64,000 nt of DNA from Octopus bimaculoides (taxonomy: Eukaryota). This document shows positions 37,041-49,113 of the stretch, piece after piece (position 1 is the stretch's first letter; each line of letters starts with the position of its first letter). The position numbers and the translations under genes are program-made. The notes under the pieces are model-generated. The model searched no databases and was not told the DNA's origin. It saw only the letters and a program-made list of their open reading frames with translations. The DNA is taken from assembly GCF_001194135.2 (NCBI RefSeq), contig NC_068992.1, positions 25,125,402-25,189,401 of the forward strand, in the 5' to 3' direction.

Positions 37041-37440
37041 TCCGCCTATTCGTCGTCTCTGATTTGACGCTGACGCATTTGATCTCTGACGTTTTAATGT
37101 TCCACGTGTTTTAATGCTTCTATCGTAGTCATTCTCTTCCATTGCTCATTATGTTCACGAGCATATTTAACTGTATATCCATGAGAAGAAGGAAAGTGTA
37201 ATGTCTCTCACCAGGGTAGAAGAATATTAGAATGTCTCTCTCCACCTCTCACGCTCTCACTCTTTGTATCTGTATGCATTTATTTCTACCCACGCTCATA
37301 TGTTTGCCTCTAGTTCTAAAATATGCTGTCCCCAAAATGTCCAGTCATCTGTATATATTGTCAGCGGCCAGTCATCTCATTCCGCATCATCAGTTTGCTC
37401 GGATTCCAGGTATTACTCAAACTACACAAACCTTCCAATT

Positions 37441-37748
37441 CTATATTTAAGACATGAGGAATTATGTACATTATTTACATTTGACGGATATTTGTCCTCA
37501 TATGGCGTAGTGGTTAAGAGCGCGGGCTACTAACCCCAAGATTCCGAGTTCGATTCCAGGCAGTGACCTGAATAATAATAGTAATAATAATAATAATAAC
37601 AACCGCAACATCGAAAAATACCTTAGGAATGAGAACCTAGGTTCAAAATTTCCTCAAGAAACCTGATGAAAGTTAGAGGATATATCAGCTGAAACAAACA
37701 AGATGAGGACAAATATCCGTCAAATGTAAATAATGTAAATAATGTACA
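37441..37748 (+). mobile_element. SINE family B with inverted 3' end at its 5' side
   Basis: Head GGCGTAGTGGTTAAGAGCGCGGGCTACTAACCCCAAGATTCCGAGTTCGATTCCAGG (A and B boxes) from 37504, (AAT)n spacer, hammerhead remnant, tail (AATGTAAAT)n. 37467-37501 is the exact reverse complement of 37703-37737. Confidence 0.9.
37658..37695 (+). ncRNA. Hammerhead ribozyme remnant (helix III and cleavage site deleted)
   Basis: GAAAC CUGAUGA A AGUUA GAGGAUAUAU CAGCU GAAAC, followed by a deletion of the GUU GUGUU segment. Confidence 0.55.
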
Positions 37749-37821
37749 CAAACCTTGCAGAATGCTCGGAACTGCCACGGTTCACTGAAGTTACCTCATT
37801 AAGTGGAGATATTGGTTTCAC

Positions 37822-38010
37822 ATTTTGGCACAAGACTAGTAATTTCGAAGAGGAGTAAGTCGGTTACATCGACCAAAGTACTCAACTAGTACTTATTTTA
37901 TCGACTCCGAATAGTAAAGTCGAACACTGCGGAATTTGAACCCGGTACGGAAAGACGGACGAAATACTGCAAAACATTTTGCCCGGCGTGCTAACGATTC
38001 AGCTTGCCGC
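37822..38010 (-). mobile_element. SINE family M, degenerate
   Basis: TACTTATTTTATCGACTCCG..GGAATTTGAAC..TTTTGCCCGGCGTGCTAACGATTC. Confidence 0.75.
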
Positions 38011-38749
38011 CTATATGTGAGTAGCGATATTAGCGATAATAAAAATCACTGCATTTGTCCTCTTTTTTTCTTTACCTTTGCCCCTAATAATCTCTGTACC
38101 AGAGCACACAAAGCGTAAACTCAGCTATAGCTCTTATTACCACCGTTCCTTTCATTGGTTTTTCTCTATGCACACAAATCTAACTCATTCTATAGAATAA
38201 CGTGTGAGATATATTTTCCAAAAAGACAATCTCTTACTCTTTATCTTATCTCCACCCGCTTCAGCATTTCAAATGTGTTGGGACTACCAAAACCAAATCA
38301 ATTTTTGTTTTCATTTTGAGACTAGTATTCGCATTCTCTATTGTCACCAGCCAGCATAAATTTCGTAGAACCCCCAGAGAATCGCTCTTGTAAACCATAA
38401 CAGTAGTTTCACAACATTGAAATATTCAACAGAACCAATATTTGAACCACAAACAAACACATGCTAAGCGAAGAAATATCAATCTTAGCTCCCCGACTGA
38501 TTCTTCCAACAAGAAGCTGGAAGAGGTGAAGGATGGAAAGGGAAATAATTTTGCCAACAAGAGAAAAATAAATAAGAATACATAAGCAATGGCGGCTAAA
38601 CAACATCTGTTTCCAGTTGGGTGTACCGTCGTCTGCCTGTTGACTTTGCTGCCAAAAAAGAGGAGGAGAAAACCTTACAGACATTTGGCAAATGAAACGA
38701 ACTGTTATTTGGAATGACATTTTAAGCTGTCTGTTGATGGTTATCTATA

Positions 38750-38799
<50 letters not shown>

Positions 38800-39573
38800 C
38801 CTTTCTATCTATCTGTTTGTCTGTCTGTCCATCCATCTATTTGCACGTCTTCCTCTGTCTCTATTTATTTCTCTGTTTATGTATGCATCCGTATATATCT
38901 TGTTTTTATTTCTCTTTACTATCACTCTTTCTGTCTATCTTTCATTTTTATTATCTTTCCATCTATCCATCCGTCTATATTTACTTTCTGCCTGCCTGTT
39001 AGTCTGTTTGTCTGCCTCTCTTCCTCTTACACTTTTTCTTTCCTGTCAGACTGTTTTCTTTCTGTTTCATACATATTTTCCGAATAATAAATTAAAAAGA
39101 AATGTAATCCTTTCTCATCCTTCACACATTACCAGTATTTCTTTTTGTTTCTATAATTTTATTCGATTTCATTATGGCAGTGAGTTTCTTTTCCTACATT
39201 TATAATTCATTGTCTTTCTAGTTACAAGCTTCTCCTATTTGAAACCAATTGTATATACTTTTATTTTTCCTACGTCTGTAATAATAATTCATTCAAACTT
39301 CCTTCCTTTTTCCACATCTCATGACACTGTTTCTCTCAAATGCCTCCTTTCATGCTGTTCCCACTTGTATCGTCTGTCATTCATCCATCCATCCAACCAG
39401 AGCCTTCTTCTTCGTGTATTTATTTGCAAAATGATTGCACCACAATCGTACAATTTTATAACACATTTGTAGCAAACAATGTGAATGTCTTGCCAACTCT
39501 TGGATGGTTCCCAACATTTTATTTTATATTAACGTACTGCAATGGAACCTATATGCACACATATATAACCGCG

Positions 39574-39623
<50 letters not shown>

Positions 39624-41136
39624 CGTGCGTGTGTGTGTTTAGGCAGCACACGTTTACACACAACGATACGATTGCACAAAAACATTAGCTATGACTTTGT
39701 CTCTGACAAGGATTCTGTGCTCAAGTCTTCGATACCTTCTCTACTTGCGCGTTAAGTTAGAATATATGTGGTTGATTATCCTGCAACGGAGTACTTTTTA
39801 CGTGATCATCAGGCAGAATCAGCGTGATATTATTGTAAGAAAGACGAATTTTACTTGCAAGCTTTACACCAATGCAAGGCTACGGTAAAACGTTTACCCA
39901 AAATGCCATGCAGTTGTTTATATCTCGGAAGGCCCCGTTTATGAATCAAATGTCCTAACTATTCAGGTCACATTGTGATTTCAATTCCGTAGAAGATAAC
40001 CCAATATAATTGGATTTATACTGGATTATTTTCTACAGATTTGAAATCTCGGTTGCCGAACCACTTTTCTACCTTTAAATACTGTCAGAAGGACTTAGTA
40101 AGCTAATTTGACACCTTAAATACTCTAACAAACCTTTTTTGTAGATTGAGAAATTTTATCTAGATCATTCCCCTATGACAAAGGGAAATCTTTCTGACCT
40201 CTCTGTACGGATGAGCAACTTTATATCCTCTTTCTTAAATATAAACTAGGGAACACTTTTATTGAGCGAGTTTACGGGTGTCCACATTAGAAAAGAACAC
40301 TCTTTTGCTTTCTTTAAAAATAATATCTACTCTTTACCTAATAATATCTGCAAATTATCTTTATTCTTTATTATTACTTCCCATAACGCTTATTCCTCCC
40401 TTAATATTTTCTTCCCATCTAAAATCTATTCACTTTTGCCTGTTCCTCTCTCTCTCTTTCTCTCGTTTAAATTCGTTTTCTCTTTCCCCTTTCCCCCTTT
40501 CATCCATACGTTTTCTTCTCCAACATGCGGAACGTGGGACGTTTTTTGAGAGTCGGATAAATGGCAATGTGTTGTTAGTTCTGCGTTCATAAACAATTTG
40601 GTTTATGCTTTAGAGGTCGATATATGAACTATGAATGCTATACTCCCGTCGAAGTAATTCTGTGTATGTTTATTCATCATTTTTAGAAGGAAATTACTAC
40701 CTTACACATACATTTTTGCAAGAAATACACTATACATCCTTTATATATATATATATATATATATATNNNNNNNNNNNNNNNNNNNNNNNNNNNNNNNNNN
40801 NNNNNNNNNNNNNNNNCATTGGCAAATATTCGCTCACAAGTACATCTATATATTACTATGTATTTAAGTTTATATATACTTATGTATAACAGTAATGTTC
40901 ATTGCTTCTAGTTTGAATCTTTTCACTAAATCAATATAATTCATCATATCTGGTAGATAATAAAAATAATAAAAAAATCCTAGAAAATAGGAAATTCACA
41001 ATTACACATAGTCTCAAGAACAAATATAGGACACAAATTTACCTATTTTGTACAATATATATTTCAATTCCAGCAATAATTACGAATATGATTACACATA
41101 CAAATATGGATGTATATGCGTATGCGCTTGAGCGTG

Positions 41137-41184
<48 letters not shown>

Positions 41185-41674
41185 CAGTGTGTGCAGAAGA
41201 GCGGTACGAGGGCTGCTTCATAAAAATGTATATCTATGCATTATTATGAACAATCATAATATGCATATATATGTATGTATGTATGCATGCATATGTATAT
41301 ATACCCACATACATACAAACATATGCATGCATATGTATATACACACATACATGCATGCGCACACACACGCATACACACATACATACACTCGTATATATAT
41401 ATATATATACACACGAACGTGTATTCTGTTTTTTCTTACGCAGACAAACCACTGCAAGTAAATAAGTTTGCAAGTTTGCAAACACACACACACACACAGA
41501 CACCATCACAAACATTTATATGTATATATAAACATGTATACATATATCCAAATGTGTAGATATATGATTAATATTATAACATATATATGCACACTTAAAA
41601 ATGTATACACACAGATACATGTGTGCATTTATACATACGCACATACATGCAGGCATACAAAAATACAAGCAAAG

Positions 41675-41728
<54 letters not shown>

Positions 41729-41909
41729 ATGTATATGTATATGTATGTATGTATGCATGTATGTATGTATGTATGTATACATGCGTACATTCAGAAACAC
41801 ACATGTGTGTACGTCCTTTCTGCACGGAAATCCGCTTTTCTGCATACATATTCTTAAGTATTTATCTACGCCTGTATACATACAACACACGCGCGCGCGC
41901 ACACACACG

Positions 41910-41971
<62 letters not shown>

Positions 41972-42781
41972 CACACACACACACACAACACATATGCCTC
42001 TGTATCTATTTGTCTATCAATCAATCTATCTATCTATTTATCTATCTATTTGTGTCTGTCTACCTAACTATTTGTCTCTCTTTCTCTTTCTCTCTCTCCA
42101 TACGTACACATATGTATGGACGTATATAACGTAATATGTTGTGCATATGTGTGTGTGTCTGCGCCTGAGATTACCTATTTTGTCCATATTTGCGTATATA
42201 TAATAATGTGTATTAGAAGGGTTTGTTGATGCATGTAGGCTTATTGACCTAGAACTTTATCAGTAATCAACAGAAGAGTAATTTTACTAATTGAATTTTA
42301 TCAGATGCCTTTGCTTCCAACATTAACATAAATTTTTGTTGTATCTCGGTCACTAATTCCAAATGTCTCATTATCGTTCAGACATATATAAGACGTCATT
42401 CTGATATTATATGCCTCTGGCCTTCTTCCCAGCTATCAAATTTTCCATCTGTCTCTTCCTCTTTTTCCATATAAATCTCGTTCTATCTGTCTTTATACGC
42501 ACACACATTTAAATCTGTATGTGTGCGTGTGCGTGTGTGTATTGTATATATGTATATGTACATACATATGTGAATACATAATATATATCTTCAAACGTAT
42601 ATACACATTTTCCCTCTGTGTCCTCTGTCTCACTCTCTCTGTATATTATATATTTTCCCAGCTGAGTAATTTTCTATATGTCTGTCTAATTCTCTATACA
42701 CGCGCGTGCGTGTATATATGTGCGTGTGCGTATTGCAGACATGTATATAAATATTGTTGTATATATTTCTACATATAATAA

Positions 42782-43114
42782 CAATGATTCTCAATTAGGG
42801 TCCATACGAACCTTGAAGGGCCAAATTAAGATTTTGTGGTTGAAATGTATGTGCAATAAATTGCTTATATTTCTAAAATACGCGATTTAGTTTAAAATTT
42901 TTTTAACACAATTCCTTATAACACTTCTTAATAAAAATGCTGTTATTCAGCCAGTTTTAGCGACTGTATATTTTAGAACTGGAGGCAAACATACGCACGT
43001 GGGTGGAAGGAAATAAATGCATCCAAATACAAATCATTGAATGATAATGAGGGATCACTTGAATAAAGTAGGAATTAAAGAGGTCTACGAGAAAGAAATG
43101 GTTGAGAACCACTT
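42782..43114. mobile_element. hAT/Charlie-like non-autonomous element (MITE)
   Basis: Ends CAATGATTCTCAA and TTGAGAACCACT resemble the Charlie-type TIR CAGTGGTTCTCAA. Candidate decayed 8-bp TSD TATAATAA/TATTAGAA. Confidence 0.5.
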
Positions 43115-43224
43115 TATTAGAATATAGGTTATTCGTCTGAATCGGTCATTTCAAGTTCCTTACAAGGTTTCGTTTAGCCCGAAATAGTGTACTGAATATT
43201 TCGTTTAGCTATGTATCGATTTCA

Positions 43225-43870
43225 CACATTGGTACCATGCCAGCAAGTTCGGGAGAGAGTGTATGTCGATTACATTGGTCCCTAATACTCAACGGGTACT
43301 TATTTTATCGACCCCTGAAAGGGTGAAAGCAGAGTCGACCTCGGCTGAGTTTGAACTCAGAACATGTAGACGGATGGAATGGCGCTACGTATCTTGCATT
43401 TTATCCACTGTGCTATCGATTCTTTTCCCACTCTAGGCACAAGGCCCGAAATTTTTGGAGAGAGGGCCAGCCGATTAGATCGATCCTAGTGCGCAACTGG
43501 TACTTAATTTATTGAGACCGAAAGGATGAAAGGCAAAGTCGACCTCGGGGGAATTTGAACTCTGAAAGTAATGGCAGACAAAATGCCGCTAAGCAATTCG
43601 CCCGGCGTGGTTAACGTTTCTGTCAGCTCACCGCCTTATTTTCTTTATTGCCCACAGGGGATCTGAACATAGAGAGGGCAAACAAGGACAGACAAAGGGA
43701 TTAAGTCGATTACGTCGGCCCCAGTGCATAACTGGTACTTATTTAATCGACCCCGAAAAGATGAAAGACAAAGTCGACCTCGGCGGAATTTGAACACTGG
43801 ACGTTACGGCAGATGAAATACCACTAAGCATTTCACCGGGTCTGCTAACAATTCTGCCAGCTCATCTCCT
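43225..43870 (-). mobile_element. Three head-to-tail SINE family M copies (two tail types)
   Basis: Cores at about 43280, 43495 and 43730; the third copy has the alternative TTGCCCACAGGGG..GGACAGACAAAGGGATTAA tail. Confidence 0.85.
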
Positions 43871-44559
43871 TTTTCATTCAGTTACTTATTTGTAATAAGA
43901 ATTGCCAACGTACATGAAATTCACAAACTTCGATAGCAATAATGGCCGTTTAGAAACGGCCATTATCTTATAATTAAAATCGTATATGCTTTAATAAGAT
44001 CGGGTGGTATAAATTGCCAGTCGTATGACTTTAGTGGGCGTTTTACCAATTAATAATCACTAGTTAAATCTATTGTATTTATATAGAAGTGTGTTATTAA
44101 TGAAGACCTCATAATTGGTTTAAGCAACCCGCAGAAATTATATTGATGAAATATTTTCGAAAGAAGAGGAGACTGATAATTTATGACTTACAAAAAACCA
44201 AAACATTGTAGAGAGTTTTAAATGAGAATGTATTTCACTGAGGGCAGAAAATTAAAACAAACAAGAATATTTAAATACCGGAACTGTCTCATTATGACTC
44301 TAGTTATTTTTATCTAAATATATTTGACTAGATAAAGAAAGGGCGCACGGCAATGTCGTGCGAGAAAACAATTTACAATAAAGCTAATTACACTTAAATT
44401 AACTATTGTATTTAACATTCCTTTAAGCTATAATTAGAAGAAATCTAGTAATTACCGAATGATTTCGACAAAGCCATTACTAAAATAAAACTCAACCGAC
44501 GTTGAAATACTTGGGAAAACAAATTAAGTAGGTATCTCTGAGATCTAACCAGGACAGAT

Positions 44560-44725
44560 TTAAGGGGAGTGCACCGTTGCAGCGAGTTGCTGTATTCACC
44601 ATTTGTTGGTCTATTCTTGTGTCCTCCCGAGTGGTTCTTTGAGTGCGATCTCAACTAGTCCCCATCTTCTCGAGATACCTCCTCATCTGGTTGCACAACT
44701 CGAGCAGTCAACCCAACCAGATCCT
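44560..44725 (-). pseudogene. Possible LINE (RTE-like) ORF2 extreme C-terminus remnant
   Basis: LRIWLG*LLELCNQMRRYLEKMGTS*DRTQRTTREDTRIDQQMVNTATRC resembles the R.RWLD..DR..W..V..A tail; joined to a family A head fragment at 44770-44810. Confidence 0.35.
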
Positions 44726-44848
44726 CAGTGAAGAGAACACAGTAAACAGGCTCTCGTAGAAAACATTTGTGCAAAGTGCCACGCTGTGGAAGTGAACCCG
44801 GAATCATATGTATGTGTGAATATATGAATGTATGTATACATGTAAGCG

Positions 44849-44886
<38 letters not shown>

Positions 44887-46440
44887 TGTGTGGGGGGGGT
44901 GGTGTTCTGCATTAAACTAAGATGCGGTGACAAGTGGAAATTTTGTATATGACAATTATAAGTTTTAATCTTATAAGCGTTCACTGTATATCGGCCATAA
45001 CAAACAGTAAAAGTGGTTATTCGTACGCGTAATCACACCCATTTGTTCTGTGGAGGGCTTTTAAGCCCCGATATTATCCTATTTTCTATAGCCAATACGC
45101 ATTCAACGGTTATACGCTTAAATCTTATTTTTCTTTACGAGTTTCCACCCGAGGTTTGTTCGCCTAAAACCTATTGAAGCCGATGCATCAGCACGGCTGC
45201 TAACCAATGACCGAGATAAGTAAAAGACAAAGGATAATGAAAAGAATCAGACAGAAGGAGAATGTGAATATCTTAGCGATTCCCAAAATGCAAAATCGGA
45301 ATATGTCAAAATTCGTAGTGATGCGAGTTCACTCCGATATGACAGTCAATAAATATCTTGTAGACCGTGATATGTACACCCGACTGGACATCACGCTATG
45401 GGGAGTCTATGTGGAGCAGCTTAAATTAGACTAATAACGGAGGACTACACAATTAGTTTACGACTCCTTAGACATGATAAATTAAACCAATGAAACTAAG
45501 TAACCTATACTTTGCTTTAAAACACCACGTGGTAGATCTCATTGGAATCCCATCTTTGAGATTTATATATCCAATTAAATGCGATACTGGATGAATTAAT
45601 TAGAGGAAATTAGATAGAAATTAGAGAGATAAAAGGCGAAAGATAAAAGGCCAAGTTAAATTTATGGATTTATCCATAAGTAGTGATAGATTGATTTCAC
45701 AATATCGATAATAATTTTAGAAGTATGTTTCTGAAATTTGACATAAATAATTATTATGCATCTATTATAGGAACTCATCTTGATAAGGTTATTGACGTTG
45801 ATAGAATTATAAGATGAAATGTTTTGAAATAGAAGGGATATGACACAGCCAAGAAATCAGTTATCAATTTCGACCAGTCGCTACGGATTAAATACAAAAT
45901 CCAGCATTTCTTTTGATGATTGCAGGGGAGCGAATGATTAGCCGGAAGTAATTGATTTTATTGAATTGTATGTAATTAAAAACTCTAAGAACATTTCTTT
46001 AAGTTTAAAAGTGGGGATCGTATCGAAACGATGGATTAATAAGATTCACTAATTGCAATCCGCGTGTTAAAGAGAGAATTATGTTTCAATATACATTTAA
46101 TAGTTAATATTAATATAGTTAGCTTTGTAGACATAACTCCGAATTTAAATAACAGACTCTGTGAACCACATTGAAAAATTAATGTAAACGAACGAGTCAT
46201 TTGATTATACTAATTAACATTTGTTTTTACTTTTAACTATATCTGTATTGACAACTAAAACTCTGGAGGAGTACAAACTTTTAGAATATATATTTTATGA
46301 TTTTGCGTAGGCAAAATCGATACTAACGATGACTATCTCTGAGAGTTCGACATACTTATATTTCACCGTAAAACCTTTATGTTACGAGAGTATAGAATTT
46401 AATATCAATTGAGATGTATATATATATATATATATATATA

Positions 46441-46672
46441 TAATAGGGATAACCACTAAGTAGACATCCATTATGCTAGAAGTAGATCACCTACGATCTG
46501 ACCACTAAAGATTTTTCTCAAGAAAATTCAGCAAGCACCATAACGTAAGGGAGCAACACAAATGAAAATATACAAAATATAAAGAATTAATCGTTGACCG
46601 GTTTCGCTATCAACAAAATTACTTACGTAATAGTCCGTAGCTCATCAATACGATCAGTGGTTATCCCTATTA
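46441..46672 (-). mobile_element. 232-bp element with perfect 17-bp inverted ends and an internal hammerhead motif
   Basis: TAATAGGGATAACCACT (46441-46457) and AGTGGTTATCCCTATTA (46656-46672); hammerhead motif immediately inside the right end. Confidence 0.8.
46589..46655 (-). ncRNA. Type I hammerhead ribozyme motif (C3>U variant)
   Basis: Minus strand: GAUCGUA UUGAUGA GCUA [28 nt] UAGC GAAAC CG GUC AACGAUU. Stem I has 6 bp, stem II 4 bp, palindromic ACCGGU helix III and a canonical GUC triplet. Confidence 0.7.
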
Positions 46673-46785
46673 TTTGCATGTAATATAGTTTTTCTGAGTC
46701 TTCAATTTTTTTCAATATGCTAGGCCATTGGTTTTAAATTGATATTAATCAAATTAGCATTCAGTTTGTTATCCTTATTATTTAA

Positions 46786-46816
<31 letters not shown>

Positions 46817-47376
46817 NNNNNNNNNNNNNNNNNNNNNNNNNNNNNNNNNNNNNNNNNNNNNNNNNNNNNNNNNNNNNNNNNNNNNNNNNNNNNNNNNNNN
46901 NNNNNNNNNNNNNNNNNNNNNNNNNNNNNNNNNNNNNNNNNNNNNNNNNNNNNNNNNNNNNNNNNNNNNNNNNNNNNNNNNNNNNNNNNNNNNNNNNNNN
47001 NNNNNNNNNNNNNNNNNNNNNNNNNNNNNNNNNNNNNNNNNNNNNNNNNNNNNNNNNNNNNNNNNNNNNNNNNNNNNNNNNNNNNNNNNNNNNNNNNNNN
47101 NNNNNNNNNNNNNNNNNNNNNNNNNNNNNNNNNNNNNNNNNNNNNNNNNNNNNNNNNNNNNNNNNNNNNNNNNNNNNNNNNNNNNNNNNNNNNNNNNNNN
47201 NNNNNNNNNNNNNNNNNNNNNNNNNNNNNNNNNNNNNNNNNNNNNNNNNNNNNNNNNNNNNNNNNNNNNNNNNNNNNNNNNNNNNNNNNNNNNNNNNNNN
47301 NNNNNNNNNNNNNNNNNNNNNNNNNNNNNNNNNNNNNNNNNNNNNNNNNNNNNNNNNNNNNNNNNNNNNNNNNNNN

Positions 47377-47418
<42 letters not shown>

Positions 47419-47420
<2 letters not shown>

Positions 47421-47770
47421 ATACGGAATGGGACAAGAACGCAAAACATTAAGACACTTAGGTGATACAAGAAAGGGACAGAACATTCAGATAGACGATA
47501 CAAAGAAAACACGGACAGGTCATTCGGAGTTTTCTCTCTTCAGTCGAGATCCAGATTATCTTTGCAATTTCGGCTGGTTATTCTCGATATTGCTCCAATC
47601 TGGCCATCACCAAGGAAAAAACTAAGCTACGAGCATTAGATTCCTTGGAAGAAAGAAGTGAATGTATACAAAAACAAGGACGGAAAAAAACGAACAATGT
47701 TACACAAATACTGTAGTACGAATACAGTAAGAATAATAACAGGACAAACTAACAGATGTCTTTCGACTAA
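47419..47770. repeat. Unclassified interspersed repeat (family C), copy 1
   Basis: GACAAGAACGCAAAACAT..CAGTCGAG(A/T)TCCAGATTATCTTTGCAATTTCGG..AAGGAAAAACTAAGC shared with 58455-58700. Confidence 0.75.
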
Positions 47771-47922
47771 GGATGTATACATACATACATACATACATAC
47801 ATACNNNNNNNNNNNNNNNNNNNNNNNNNNNNNNNNNNNNNNNNNNNNNNNNNNNNNNNNNNNNNNNNNNNNNNNNNNNNNNNNNNNNNNNNNNNNNNNN
47901 NNNNNNNNNNNNNNTATATATA

Positions 47923-48311
47923 TAACTTTCCAAGTCATCTCAACTCTTCTAAAAGCAAACTTCGTTTGTTTGTTTACGTTTATCGTAATTTGAATTTAAC
48001 ACTTGATATCGTCTCATAAAGCGAGATTTCTATACATCTTAAATTTGCAGAAAAACTTGTTTTGGGTAGTTTAGCTTAATCGGTCTAAGAGCACCGCGAC
48101 GCGAATTCACGGCGGTATGTGTTCGAGTCTCATAGTTAGCCACCTACATTTTTCTCTGCAAAATAGGGGTAGTTTATCCTGTTCAGGCTATAGTGTTAGC
48201 ATTATCCTGTGTTTGAGAATTTAAAATCACTTCTTTAACTTTCCAAGACATCTCAACGCTACTAAAAGCAAACTTCGTTTGTTTGTTTACGTTTACTGTA
48301 ATTTGAATTTA
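47923..48311. repeat. Pair of ~76-bp direct repeats 313 bp apart
   Basis: TAACTTTCCAAG(T/A)CATCTCAAC..AAAAGCAAACTTCGTTTGTTTGTTTACGTTTA..GTAATTTGAATTTA at 47923-47998 and 48236-48311. Confidence 0.9.
48065..48142 (+). tRNA. tRNA-like pseudogene (isotype not assignable)
   Basis: A box TAGCTTAATCGG, D stem GCTT/GAGC, anticodon stem CCGCG/CACGG, T arm ATGTG-TTCGAGT-CTCAT, acceptor GG(C)TAGT/GTTAGCC-A, and T5 terminator at 48149-48153. Confidence 0.5.
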
Positions 48312-49113
48312 TATATATATATGTAACAGAGTTGTAAGCGAACGTGAATTGTTGGCGAATTTCCCTTCTTTGTCTTTGGACACTACTCTTTTCGACAAAG
48401 AGCTGCTCGAAATGTTAGCAACCTCCTCAGATTAATATATATCTTATGCATGTCCTGGCGTTCGTTTTTATTTTTTCTCTGTGTTTTTTTTATTGTTTGT
48501 TCTTTGACTTTATTATACATATATGCTTAAGTAATAGAGATTGCCTTCCGCTGGCGATAACTATGTTGTGCTTTTATGCATCATATAATCATATGAGACT
48601 TTTCTCGAGTGGCGAATATTTCACCCTTGGTTATCAGTACTGCCTCTGTCGCTATATATATGAGATGATGCTGATTGCCCCATCTTCTCAAGTGACTGCT
48701 TGATTATTCTGATTTAGTTTCATCCTTGCATGTGCGTTGATATGACTTTACAGGTCGCCACGTATCCTTTACAAAAGTACATAAAAAGAACAAAAATAAA
48801 GCGGATTAGATCAAGAGATGAAATGGTAGTAAGACATCTATACTTCATTAGATTTAAGTGCCAAAAGCTTGTACAACACTTTTGTCAACTCTAAATCGCA
48901 ATGCAAGAAGATTGTTACAATTTTTACTACAAGATTTATGCAAAAGTAGCCTTCTCCTAGAAAAGATACATCTCCAATGGCTTTGTCAAAAATAACGGTA
49001 GCCTCTTCTAACCGTGGGAAATCTTTTTAACCTATAGAACGGGAACTTCACACATACATATATAACCATCAATTTTATTAGAGTTGATGTTGTCAACCAC
49101 CGTGAATCGTTCT

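Noticed and set aside
37375-37410. Minus-strand CUGAUGA-U-GCGG..CCGC next to family B
   Set aside because: It is followed by UGAC instead of GAAA; probably chance.
37504-37568. Family B head as a genuine tRNA gene
   Set aside because: The acceptor stem is not formed, there is no terminator, and it continues into a repeated body, so it is a SINE head.
38588-38716. MAAKQHLFPVGCTVVCLLTLL.. signal-peptide-like short ORF
   Set aside because: Only about 42 codons, with no donor site or recognisable mature peptide.
45221-45350. Protein-like frame KTKDNEKNQTEGECEYLSDSQNAKSEYVKIRSD
   Set aside because: It is bounded by stops with no usable splice acceptor or start, and no homology is recognised.
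47518-47550. Minus-strand CUGAAGA-GAG-AAAA-CUC-CGAAUGAC in family C
   Set aside because: It lacks GAAA and a helix III/UH site, and the second copy has this part deleted.
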